Below, one piece after another: positions 26,019 to 38,774 of a DNA stretch of 64,000 nucleotides. Position 1 is the stretch's first letter; every line of letters starts with the position of its first letter. This DNA comes from Paecilomyces variotii. Its lineage: Eukaryota. The notes under the pieces are model-generated. The model ran no database searches. It saw only the letters and a program-made list of their open reading frames with translations, and was not told the DNA's origin. The DNA is taken from assembly GCA_004022145.1 (NCBI GenBank), contig RCNU01000001.1; one strand, written 5' to 3'. A program made the position numbers and the translations under genes.

Positions 26019-27228
26019 ATGTCGTCGCCAGTTGCAAAGAAGAAGTGCGGTATGTTATTGATCAACTCTGAAAGACTTCTTTTGACTGGTTCTAACATTT
26101 ATTAGGTGTCTTGGGTGCCACAGGCTCTGTGGGTCAACGGTTCATCCTGTTGCTCGCCGACCACCCCTTCCTTGTGCTCCATGCTGTTGGTGCATCCAGC
26201 CGGTCTGCTGGAAAGGCATACAAGGATGCAGTGAAGTGGAAGCAGTCTATGCCCATGTCTAAGCAGCTGGGCGAACTCGTCGTTCGGGAATGTACTGCGG
26301 ACAACTTCAAGGACTGCGACATCGTCTTTTCTGGGCTTGACAGCGACGTTGCAGGCGAAGTTGGTATGTTCAAACCAATGCCAATTCCCCTGATGTGAAG
26401 CTCCCTTACTGATGTCTTGCAGAGATGGAGTTCATTAAGGCCGATATCCCCGTCTTCTCCAATGCTAAGAACCACAGAAAGAACCCAATCGTTCCTCTAG
26501 TGGTGCCCACGGTCAACCTGCAGCATCTGGACCTGATCCATCACCAGAGGAAGCAGCTCGGCATGAAGAAGGGATTCCTTGTCTGCAACTCGAACTGCGC
26601 CGTTATTGGTATCGTCATTCCGTTTGCCGCTCTCCAGGCCAAGTTCGGTCCTGTCGAGTACGTGGAAGTCTTCACGGAGCAGGCAGTATCTGGCGCTGGT
26701 TATCCTGGTGTTCCCAGCATGGACATTATGGATAATGTCATTCCCTTCATTAGCGGCGAAGAGGACAAGCTCGAGAACGAGGCTCAGAAGATTCTGGGCT
26801 CTATGAATGCTGATGCCACTGCTTTTGAAGAGCAGTCTGACCTCAAGGTCGGTGCCACCTGCACCCGTGTTGGTGTTACGGACGGCCACATGGCATACGT
26901 TTCTCTGCGCTTCAAGAACCACCCGGCGCCTACGGCGGAACAGGTTAAGCAGGCACTGAGAGAATACAAGTCCGAGGCCCAGAAGCTAGGATGTCATTCC
27001 GCACCAGAGCAAGCTATCGTGGTTTTCGACGAGCCCGATCGACCACAACCAAGACTTGACCGCAACCTGTCGAATGGATACGCCGTCAGCGTTGGACGCG
27101 TCCGTGAAGCACCTGCCGGTGGTTACTTCGATCTCCGTTTCGCCTGTCTTTCCCACAACACAGTCATTGGCGCCGCAGGCTCATCCATCCTCAACGCTGA
27201 GGCTGCTGTCATCAAGGGACTTATCTAA
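26019..27228 (+). CDS. HOM2: Aspartate-semialdehyde dehydrogenase; introns 26050-26105 and 26364-26422
   Basis: [16 protein letters not shown](P)-binding motif, catalytic [23 protein letters not shown]. Confidence 0.97.
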
Positions 27229-27531
27229 ATTAGACCAAAAAAGTAAAGATCTAGTACATACATAGCGCTTTCAATTCAGAAATAATTCTCCAAAAACATA
27301 GGTTTGTCGTGTTTGCATTCATAGTCGATTACATAACACCATAGAGGGCTCAACCCGCCAAGGCGGTCAGGTCAATTAGAATCAGATTAGGACTAGTACT
27401 AGGGCTCGAACCCACAGGCCGTCCGCTAAGCGAATTTTGCGAGTGGATATCTCAACTTCTCGACTTGACGGGATTCTTCCTTCGCGACACCCTCGACAAC
27501 TTTAACGGTTTGAGTCGACAGAGCAGTCAAA

Positions 27532-28750
27532 ATGGGCCGTGGACCGTAAGTGAATCCATTGAATTACATTCACATCGCAGATTGTCTCTCAGCAGATCCT
27601 CTCTCGACAGAGGCTCTGTTCTTTCGTCGCTGCGACCATCGTGATCATGGATTGGAACATCGAAACTGATGAGTTTTGCTATACAGAAAGAAGCACCAGA
27701 AGCGCCTTAGTGCGCCCTCGCACTGGCTCCTGGACAAAATGTCCGGAACCTATGCTCCCAAGGCCTCTCCTGGTCCTCACAAGCTCCGGGACTGCCTGCC
27801 TCTGATCGTCTTCATCCGTAACCGGTACGACATGCCAATTTACATACAGCGAATTCGGTCGAGGGATCGGGGAACTGACAAGATATCTTCTTCTGTAGCC
27901 TGAAGTACGCTCTTAACGGCCGCGAGGTTACCGCCATCCTGATGCAGCGTCTCGTCAAGGTCGACGGCAAGGTCCGCACTGACTCGACCTACCCTGCCGG
28001 TTTCATGGACGTCATCACCATCGAGAAGACCGGCGAGCACTTCCGTCTCGTCTACGACACCAAGGGCCGTTTCACCGTCCACCGTATCCAGGCTGAGGAG
28101 GCTGAGTACAAGCTGGGCCGCGTCAAGCGCGTTCAGCTCGGCAAGGGCGGGATCCCATTCTTGGTTACGCACGATGCGAGAACGTGAGTTTATGCTCTCC
28201 ACAAGTTCCGCGTCATTCAGTCGTTGGACCAAGCTTTGGTTGATCGGCGGAGGACGAGGAATTCCTTTCCTACTGGAGACAGTAAGATCGCATTGTGCGT
28301 GGACATTTTTGTGCTGACAGTTGCTTTCTACAGCATCCGCTACCCCGACCCCTCCATCCGTGTCAACGACACCGTGAAGATCGACCTTGCCACCGGCAAG
28401 ATCACCGACTTCGTTCGCTTCGACACTGGTGTTGTCGTTATGGTCACTGGTGGTCGTAACATGGGTCGTGTTGGTGTCATCACCCACCGTGAGCGTCACG
28501 ATGGTGGTTTCAACATCGTCCACATCAAGGATGCCATTGACAACACCTTCGCCACTCGTGAGTCCAACGTCTTCGTCATTGGACGCGAGAAGCCCTGGAT
28601 CTCTCTGCCCAAGGGCAAGGGTGTCAAGGTATGTTTTTTATGCCCACCACAGAGTATTGGAGTCTTGGGCAAGAGGCTAACATTATCCCACAGCTCTCCA
28701 TCGCTGAGGAGCGTGACCGCCGCCGTGCTTACGCTATTGCTGGCCAGTAA
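27532..28750 (+). CDS. RPS4: 40S ribosomal protein S4 (eS4); introns 27546-27686, 27825-27898, 28184-28333, 28629-28693
   Basis: Spliced translation [22 protein letters not shown]...HDARTIRYPDP...GGRNMGRVG...[18 protein letters not shown]. Confidence 0.98.
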
Positions 28751-29279
28751 ATTGGTCCGGTAGGTTCCAAACAAGCGTAACACTCAAACCAAAAAGTAAA
28801 AATATTTTTTATGAGAGACGGCGTCTTGTCTTGACTTGCAGCTGTGTGAGGACAACAGCCTAGGATTCGCGAGGGAAAATGGCGCGTAGCATAGGGATTC
28901 GCTCTATCTTCTATTCGAGTAGAAATCCAGACATAGCAAGCAAACAGCCCGGGATGGGATATTTGTCTCCATAGTTCATGATATGATACCTTTTCTGATT
29001 CTTCATGATGTTGAAACCCCGTCAGCACATATCTCGTAATATCCTACTCCTTAGCCCACCCCAGATTCTGTCTCCCAGTATCAGCAACCATAGAAGAACC
29101 ACCCACCAAGTAATAGATAGTTGTCATTTCCTACACAGCAATCCGTATTCTCAATCATACTGTCCAATTAGTCAGTTAGTCCTACCGCGCTACCATAACA
29201 AAACAAAACCACAATCCCATGCGAATCCACGTATGAACCACATCATACCACATACGGACAAAACAAACAACACTCGCAT

Positions 29280-29720
29280 ATTTCCTACATGAACAAACCC
29301 TCCCCAATCCTCTTACATCAGACCATTTGTACATACATACATACATTACATACATATGCTCATGCACATGTATGTATATGTAGACGAAAAACATCTATGT
29401 ATATCATCCATATTAAATCCCTCAACAAGCAACAAACAACACTCAGTATACTATCCCTGATATACGAGCAAGCAAGCATATAGCCAGATTCTAGACTCTC
29501 AATTCCTACGCATATGTAACTAACTAACGCCTTACCCTGAGTAAGCAGAAGCCTCACTAACTAACTATGTACATAAAACACGTAAGTTAAAAATCAGATA
29601 CCTAACTAACAGCACATACACGTGGCTACGACTCCATTCTTTTTTCCCCCACCATTTCTACCCAGCCTCAGCCACACATGATGCAAGTTAATATTATTAG
29701 TAGTTTAGTTGGTTTAATAA
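29280..29720. repeat. Low-complexity, strand-biased A/C-rich tract with (TACA)n and TAACTAAC iterations
   Basis: ACATACATACATAC near 29331; TAACTAAC near 29517, 29557 and 29603; few G on the + strand. Confidence 0.6.
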
Positions 29721-30728
29721 TATTGCCCAATGCACGATTAGTGAAGATCAGATTTAACTGTGGCGGGTTTTCCCACTCTACTTAAAATAAGTGACAGCGC
29801 CGTTGGGTGACCAGATCAGGGGGTGGGTTTCCGAATCGGGCGGCATGCATAAGTGATTTCTCGCTAGTACCGAGTCTACGGGTATAGTGGGAACGTCGCC
29901 TGACAGGCTGAGGAGGTCCGAAAGGGGGAAGATGGAAGTCAAGAGAGACTGTGGTCGATTTCGGAGATGGTAGGCCTTACCTAGGTAGAGAAGGGTCTTT
30001 TGGAAGGGGGTAAGGCGTATCCACTTTGTGTGGAGGGTCGTCGTTGGTTCCTGCCAATGTGGGATATAAGAAGCTAGTTTGAAGCAATATATTGGGCTAT
30101 ATACATGACTTGCGGGAAAGTGGAAGACAAGATAGTATGCTGCGGGTTTCATCACCTATGTTGGGTAAGCCTCATGTAACGGCTATACGCAGCACATGGA
30201 CGGTGACGTCGATCTGCATCGGAAAAAAAGAACAGACAATTGCATGGTAAGTTGATAAGCAAAGTGATTCGTTGGTGCTCATTCCTATCGGTTTATGTTG
30301 AAGGGGTATTATAAAACGTCTCCTTGCAGGAAAGTAGAAGGACAAAAGACTCGTCGAACAGGTAAATCAGGCCAAAAGACAATGCTGGACCTCCAACGCC
30401 ACAACAGCGCACATTTGCATTCTGGGTGCGGCAGAAGGACCGCACTCGTAAGAGAAAACCCCCCCTAACGCCAATCTTCAAGAATAATCAATGCAAACAT
30501 CCTTCCCCGGCATACCAGCATCGGAATAGTTCAGCACTCGTGCATTACGGCGTTAGCTAGACCATGAAAGCGAACTGCAAAAAAGAAGGTCAGAGGAAGG
30601 AATCAAGCATCATGGAAACTGTCCAGGATGCCAAGACATCATGACGAGAGATCCTGGCGCTTTCTCTGTTTCAAGGGCTGTTCAGCCCATATTGAGTGGA
30701 TATAAATACTGTGGCTCACTCAGGCCAG

Positions 30729-32485
30729 TTAGCTTATCTCTTGCAGTCCTTGAGATAGCTCATCCAAGGCACTTTCACCACGCCGCCTGGACTCTCTGAC
30801 ATGAGGTAGTAGAAAAGGAATTCCAGGAGCTTCCTGCACCCGCCGCCTGTAAGCAGCAAAGTTATCAGAAGCATCCAGCAGATACGAAAGGCTAGGCGAA
30901 AGTGACTGTTCAAATAAGACAATGTCAAGGGCAAGATTGACATCGGAACTTTGTAACCCAGCTATCTTGTAGTCCCGCAGACCCTTAATGAGGGCGGTAG
31001 CAGAGTTGTAATTTCGCAAGGTGTCGAGGACCTGATTAACAAATGTCAGAAATAGGACACCATGATATCGAGGACCAGAGAGTAGTCTTCAATGTAAGTT
31101 ACTCGATATTGCTGTCGAAAAATGGCGCCAAAAAAGAAAGTAAATTTACGGAAAAGGTGAGTGAGTATTGAGATCCAAAGAACCAGTGGCTTACCTGTAT
31201 ACAGTCTTGAATGTAGCTTGACAGATCCGGTAATGCAAGGCAGCATTCCCACACAGCAGTGGCGAGCGCATGCCACCTTGCAACGAGATGTTTGAGAGTA
31301 GGCCCTTCATTGATGATATCACCCCGAGAAAGACGCGCGAAGTCTAGCTCATCCGAAGTTGTCAATGTCCGTGCCAAGTCAGCAGGAGAGATAGAGCCAA
31401 ACACATCTTCCACAAAAGGAACGGATACGTCAAAATTCTGCATCCAGTTCATCTTCGAAGTGTGAATATAGGTTCGCTGGAAGCGCACTGCCAAGACTGA
31501 AAGCATCTTCAAGATTGACGTGAGACTTGGAGGATGGTCTTTGAAGATCCTTTGGATGGGCCCGGCAATGAACTCAAAGGCAGGGCCGTCCACGAACGAT
31601 ATATTCGACTGATCTGCTTCGTGAAAGTTGAGCAGGCACTGGACCAACGCTCTGTGTGCAAAGGGACTTCGTGTACGAAGATGCTGAAAACCATCAGCAA
31701 AACTGCAACTTTCTGCTGCAAGACTTTATATTACTGACCTTCTCGACGTCCTTATACTTCTCAATCTCTTCTGGATAGGCATGGAGATGATTTGAGAGAT
31801 GGATGAAAAAAGCTGTATGTTGAAGAAGGAACCACTCCACAGAAGGAGCACTGTAGCCTAGAGAATACCGTACCCACTCTTCGAACGAGATAGTCTTGAA
31901 GAGTAAGTGACTCTCAGCATCAATATCCGTAGCGATTGAAGATGCGTTGGCTTCATGTATTGCTTGCACAGGGAACCAGCCCCAGGGAGCCAGGGCAGGT
32001 TTGCTTGCTTTGAATCGACGCAGGATTTCTTCGACCTTCTGGATGTGCGAAAGGTTGACGATGAATGGGATGTCTTCTGGTTCGAGAAGTGCTATCAGGA
32101 AGTCGTCAATGGTGTTTGAGTTACGGTTTTGCAAGACACTCCTAGGGAAATTGGGATCATGGAAAAGGCCATATCTGATGACACGGCCAATATCTTGGAC
32201 ATCGAATGTCCAAAGGACGGTCGTCGCTTCATCCTCCCACCATCTGTAAGGTACGAATAATCCGGGTCGTTCTGCAGCAGGCTGAAAGAGAGAGGGGAAA
32301 TTCATTTGCTGTTCAGACATCATCCCACTTCTACCTTTGTCGAGAGTATCACCGGAAACTCCGTTTGAGAAGAGTACTCTCTGTGCAAGAGAATAACTGT
32401 CATGCACATGGAGAGAGGAGGGAGTCAGACCAGACTCAGACGATGGTTCGAACGGACCATTTGCGTAGCCAGCAGGGGTAGTCAT
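30729..32485 (-). CDS. Divergent RasGEF (CDC25-like) catalytic-domain protein, multi-exon (first intron 31684-31738)
   Basis: PADLARTLTTSDELDFARL, LRNYNSATALIKGL and DNFAAYRRR..PGIPFL resemble RasGEF conserved regions; three collinear ORFs with GT-AG junctions. Confidence 0.7.
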
Positions 32486-34370
32486 TGCAGCAAATCGACA
32501 ACCAGATCGTCCACAAATCGCCTATAGCCAGAAACGATAACGTGGGGTCATACGGAATGCTCTCTCGGCATTGAATAATGTTACCTGTCTTCCACCATAC
32601 AGTAGTAGAGTATGACTGCAGCCCTAGAGATCCACGAAGAAGCAATTTGGGACAGGGCAGTCGGAGCCTGGGAGTTGTGGAAGCAGGGCATACAGATCCA
32701 AGATTCTGGACGGGGACTAACCGCTGAGCAGGAATAAGCATGCAAGCCTATAGCTTCAGTCTCCGGCGTTGCCACGCCCTGGACGGCTTCCGAGGGGCTA
32801 TGGCCCCTCGTAGCTTTTAACCTACTAGCGTTTGTACGGGCACGGAGTACAACGGAGGCCACAGCCAGAGTGGCACATATGGTAGTAGTAAGAGCGATCG
32901 TCCAGTCCCGAACCTCTGGGTCTTCGCTCCCAGGAGCCAGGTTAACCGTACTCGGGGGCCGTGATAGTGAGCTGACTAGTTGCTGCCGGGCTGTCAATCT
33001 TTACCCGCTGGGCCGGTGGTAGCCTTTTGGCTTCAAGGACCGTTCGGGTATCCACCACTAGTTATCGGGGAGTTGAATCGTCAGCGGCGACTGATCGGTG
33101 CAGGGAGTTGTCCACTCCTTCCAAGGCTACTCTATGGCGTGGTCCTGAGTCAATTCGTTGCCTCCAAAGCTCCAATAGTTGCACCCTTTACGGTGAAATC
33201 ACATACTCCGTAGAGAATGCAGAGAAGCGGTCAACGCCTTGTTCATGGGGTTCGTCCAAGGGTTGCCCTGCGGTCGCACCATTTCTTGGTGCGGAGAACA
33301 TTGTCTCCAGTCGCTTGGGTCGCTTCGTGCTCGTTAGACCGGTATATATTACGGGGGTTTTGGTCATGACCATAAGGCCGTGAACGTGGCCTGGAGCCCT
33401 GTAGATGGATATCCGTAAGCCGGAACGACAGCTGAATATTCAGATCCCACGCCGCCTCGCCTCCACACAGCTACTCGGGATTAGATAAAATTGGGTGCCC
33501 GACGAAGCGTGGAAGATCCGTCACAATCCATTCCGTGACCGGCTATCCCTCCCACAGTGCCAAAAGGGGAGTCACCTCCCAGCAAACCGTATTGGACTCG
33601 TCAGCTACCTACCTTGACGGTCAATATCCGAGAGGGTCCGGATCCCTGTATGTCCGTCCGGCCTTTTGCCCTTCAATGTGCTTCTTTAGATCTGCCAGCG
33701 CGAGTACGAGTACTCCAACCCATGCCTCTGCATAGAGTACCTGTACCCGCTATGGATCCCGGTGGCAAGTGAGTCTCGGGTATCACCTTGTGCATATTAT
33801 TACATTAATCATTATTGTGGACGTCTGGACTAGATCAGATCGATAGACACTGGACATCAATTTTCACTGGTGGCTGCGCCACGGGAGACCCGGGGCAGCC
33901 GAACCAGAGAAACAGCTAGGGGAGACCGTCGGGGTAAACCGCAGACCTACTGAAACACCGCTCTTCTGACGTTAGATCGCCGTTCTAAAGGCCAGGAGTG
34001 GATCTCATCTCGCATGGCATCTGGGTACTGTGGTAAGTGCTAGGAAACAGATAAAATCGCCGGGCCATTGATGAGCGAGTACCTGGGTCTCTGAATGTTC
34101 GAAACGCCTAGTCCCACCGGTCTCATGGTGTCATGGTTCGTTATCAGCTGGGCAAAAATAAGGACCGGGCCACCCGAGAAAATACCGTCAGTAGAAATTG
34201 ATGGGCCTGCCTTGCAGATCTCCTTGCACGTCTGTCGTTGACTTGTTGTGATGGTGATGGTGAAGGAGAAGGGGATGCTGGATGGGAAGAAGTGCAGGCT
34301 CTGCTCTCTCTGACGCCTGAGGAAGTTCCCGGCTGCGGCACATGATTCCCATCTGGACTGGCCAACTCCC

Positions 34371-34496
34371 TGCTACGCCAGATCTGGTGTAGAGGCACAT
34401 GATGTAGGTCATATGACCTTATGTATATAGCGACATCTTTAGCATTAGAGGAATCTAGACTTCTTAATATTACTCTTTCCCCCTATTTGCACAGTA
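34371..34496 (+). repeat. 5' LTR of the outer element
   Basis: Aligns without gaps to 49553-49678 with 14 differences, all C/T or G/A. Confidence 0.95.
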
Positions 34497-37400
34497 AAGT
34501 AATAGTATATCCTAATAATAAATCTGGCTAGGATTTTACACTGTTAAGAGAAATCTTAATAGAGAATAATACTGCAGCTAATAATATAAAACTCTATATT
34601 ATCTTATTTTTAATCTTAGTTAATCTTATATTTAATTTAGTTGCTGTTATTATTTATATATAATCCCAATTTTATATATAATACTTAGATAATATATCTT
34701 TTTTTATAAGAATTAAAGAATAAGATTATATATACCTACCGCAGGTATTACTAATATAATATTTAATATAATATTAGATCTATATAGCAATCAATAAGAA
34801 CTAATATAAGAAGAAAGCGCGGATATAGATAAGTTAAGAAAAAATAAAAAGGCATTTATATAATATACTATAAAGCAGTTTAAATTTTATATAGTATTAA
34901 TTAATAGGCTATTTGCATATTATAATAAACTGACAGATAATCTCTATAAATTAGTTAATGACTATCTAATATAAACTAATCTAATATAAGTAAGTAGTAT
35001 CTTAATTATAATATTATTAAAGAGGGTAGAGGACCTTTATATAAAGATATAGAAATACTAAATATAGCAAGATATAGGTTATAATACTCTAATAGCATCC
35101 CTATTTAAATAGGCGCAGGCGTTTTATATAGGACTAGATTACTGTATTTAATCTATAGAGTAAGTATTATTACTACTAATAATAGGGCAACTAAGTTATT
35201 AACAATATTTCTTAGAGCGTTTTTTAGAGCAAGAATATTATTTAAAAAATTATATCAAAGAGTTAGAGAAGCAGTTAAATATAGTGATTAGAAAATTAGA
35301 ATTAAGGCAATTAATGCGAGGATAATTAGCCAGAAGCTTTAGATTGGGCTAATATTAATTAAGCTTTAAATTGGGCCAACGCTAACTAAGCTTTAGATTA
35401 GGCTAATGCTAACTATATAACTGCTTATTATATAAATAATATATATAAAGCAGCAGATTACAGAGACCAATATATAAAAAGGAGAAGCCTTATAATACTA
35501 AATCTTAGTATAAAAATAAATAATATTAACAGCGGTTAAAATCAGAAGATATTATAATTTTTAACCTAATAGATAAGAATATTTAATTTTTTATTAAGAG
35601 AATTAGGATTATAGCTTCTTATAAAGGAGCACGCGCAGTATTAAATATCTTACCCTTTTACCTAAAGGGCAGAGTATTAGTATAATATATAAACCTACCT
35701 GAAGAGATATACAATAAATTGGCTTATTCTTTAGATAAATAGTGTTAATTGCTAGAAGAGGAGTTCTATTATAACCTAATTAAGGCTTATTAATAGGTAT
35801 AAAACTTAACCTTCTTATTTACTATAGCAGATAAATTTCTGCTAAATAATTATCTTATATAGAAGATTATATTATTAAAAAAAGTAGGTATAATAGATAA
35901 TAAGGCTATTAAGAGCAAGTTATAGAAAGGGTTAAATCTAAAGCTAGCAATACTAATTTATATTAAGCTAGGTAAGCCTATAGAGCAATTTTGCCATTAA
36001 ATATAATATATTAAGATAAGCGCGCGTTAAGAATAGGAGAAATCTTAATATATATATAATAGGCTATTATTAATACTGCTTATATAAGAGTATATAGATA
36101 GGCTTTTTTAGCGCTATTAAAAGGTGCAAACATTAATATAGATATAAGAGCTAGTTATAGCTACTGGCAGGGCAATATTACTAGCAGTATTTAAAGATAG
36201 GGGTAAAAATACTTAATTATTATATTTGCTGCGATAACCCTGCAAAAAATAATTATTATTATATTTATATTATTATTATAAAGCTTAGCATTAGGATAAT
36301 AATTATTCTATATAAAAAGATACTCACGTTTATATAGCTATAGCATTAGATAGTAATATAGATATTAAGGATCTAGAAACCTTAGAGACTCTTAAAGCTA
36401 CTTTTATTAATAAGGAAAATTAAAAAGGATTAGGGATAAAGAGGCATTATAATCTATAGAAGAATAGCCTTTAGCCCCTATATAGGCCTAGGAGCAGTAT
36501 AAATATCTATAAGCCGACTTTATCTATAATAGGGAGAAATTAACTATATGCTTAAATATAGGGTTAAATACTTTATATATTTTATAAGCCTATTATAACA
36601 AATATTTTTTAAATATTACCTTAGTAGCATACGCGAAGGTTTTAAAAAGAATTAGCAACTAGGGGGTAAATTCTATTTATTAACTTAATATTATAATTAT
36701 ATTGCTTGCTAATAATAGTAAAATAACTTTATTTACTAAATGCTATTATATTATTCCTATCTTAGCCTATAGTATAATAATAAATACTAGTATCCTTATT
36801 AAAAATAAAATAATCCTTAACCTATTTAGACAGCAAGCTATTATTAGCGGATATTAAATACTAGTAAGGTCCTTATAAAACAGACCTTATAAATAACTAT
36901 TATAGAGGAAGCAAGCGATCTATATAATAAAGACGGTTATAGTTTAGCCTGTTTAAAGATATATAATTAATATCTGCTAGCGTCCTATACTAGAGATATA
37001 TTTATACTAGATAATACCTGTTCTATAGAGAAATAATAATTTAAGTATATAGGGTAGTTTATTGGCGGCCTTAATCTGCTATAATAGGATAAGATTACTA
37101 TATATAAATATAGGAGATTATCCTATATAAATAAGGACTAGTTAATTCCTTAGTTATATATTCTTACCTTAGGTACTTATCCTAATAACAGGTATAATAC
37201 AATTAATAGGCAATATTAATTATCCTATGCTAATAGCGGTAGATACTAGGGTAACTAATATAAATAATACTAATACTATAGTAGAATAAGCAGATATATT
37301 ATTAGCATAGGATAAAGAATATAAATTACAGGTACACAGTATTTTAAATAAATATACTAATCTTTTTTATAAAGGCCTTGGTATATTTAATAATAGGGTT

Positions 37401-38342
37401 AATATGCTAGTATATTTCTGTAATAAAAATAACATTAAAGGGTTAAAATAAGTGTTATTTTGCCTCTCCTTAAGAGACTATAAAGCTATAGACTTTATTC
37501 TTAATCTATTAGTTACTGAAGGGTAGGTAGAATATATCCCTTTAATATAGAAGGCGCCAGCTGCATTATTAGTGTTTATTATATAAAATAAGAATAAGCT
37601 ATAGATAGTTATTGACCTGCGGCATATTAATAAAAAACTTATTTTAAATATATACCTATTACTAAAACAAGATAATATTCTTACTAAATATAAGGGCGCC
37701 ACTATATTTTTATTACTTAATATTATTAAGGGATTCTTTTAGTAGTCGGTGCAATTATCTAATTATTAAAAAATAATATTTATTACCCCTTATAGGGGCC
37801 TTAAGCAATTAATAGTAGTATTAATAGGCCTATTAATAACTCTAGGCTTTTTCTAATATTATATAGAAAGATTATTATCACAATATCTATGGGATTTTAT
37901 CTTAGTATATATTAATAATATTATTATATATAGCCGGTTAAAGAAATAGCATCTATAATATCTTAATAAGGTATTTATTATATTAAAGGGATTGGGTATT
38001 TCCCTGTCTATAGCAAAATATTACTTTGCATATCTTTTAATATTAATATTAGGATATTATATATCTTATCTCAGTATAACTATTTAGGAAGAAAAGGTAT
38101 AGGCTATATATTAGATAGTATTCCCTATAACGCTGCAGTAACTTAAGATAGGGCTAGCCTTTATAAGTTATTATTAAAAGTTTATTTTGTATTTTTTAGT
38201 AATTATAAGGCTATTTAATATATTTAAAATAAGAGGTCTTATAGGATCTCTAAAAAGTAGGTAAGTATACTAGTAATTTGCAGCTAAGGTAGCAATTAAG
38301 GGAATACTAGATATAATAAAGGAAGCTAGACGCGCGTGGCAG

Positions 38343-38774
38343 TGTCATGCCCCTAGCTCCCCGCTAGGGCATGAGCTCGCAGAACTGCAGCGAAGCCCCG
38401 AATCTGAATGTGATACTGAGGTAATTAGTTAAACCCCGCTTTTCCTGCTTTTAAGATTTATATAAGATAAAGCTGGGAAGTGCTTGAGATTTAGAATATA
38501 AATAGGCTCTAGATTACTGTCTTACTAAAAGCCAGTAATTTATTTTAATATAATATATACTCTACTATTTCTTTACTTATATAGACTCTTTATTATTAGA
38601 ACCCTCTGGTATAAACCCTTCTCCTTATTAGTTAGACCCTTTATTATAATAATTAATCCTTTATCTTGCTGGTAAATCTATTTCTAAGCTAGATATATAA
38701 AGCTGCTATCCCTTTTATTATAATTATTGGCAGAGTAATTTATTAATAATCTTTAAGAACCTTTATTTTTTATA
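38343..38774 (+). repeat. 5' LTR of the nested element
   Basis: Direct repeat of 45431-45862 differing by transitions. Confidence 0.95.

Noticed and set aside
27395-27460. GGGTTCGAGCCC on the minus strand, resembling a tRNA T-loop/B-box
   Set aside because: No acceptor, D or anticodon stems could be built. More likely an RPS4 promoter motif (overlaps TAGGGCT) or chance.
28184-28333. Stwintron interpretation of RPS4 intron 3
   Set aside because: Excising GTGAGT..GACAG does not rebuild a donor because the preceding base is C; an alternative donor fits better.
27840-28523. 227-aa antisense ORF over RPS4, and similar shadow ORFs over REV3, RdRP, HOM2, the Myb gene and the RRM gene
   Set aside because: Explained by codon bias of the sense genes; no independent motifs.
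37478-37702. The only ORF called inside the AT-rich block
   Set aside because: Chance antisense frame across the RIP-mutated RT.
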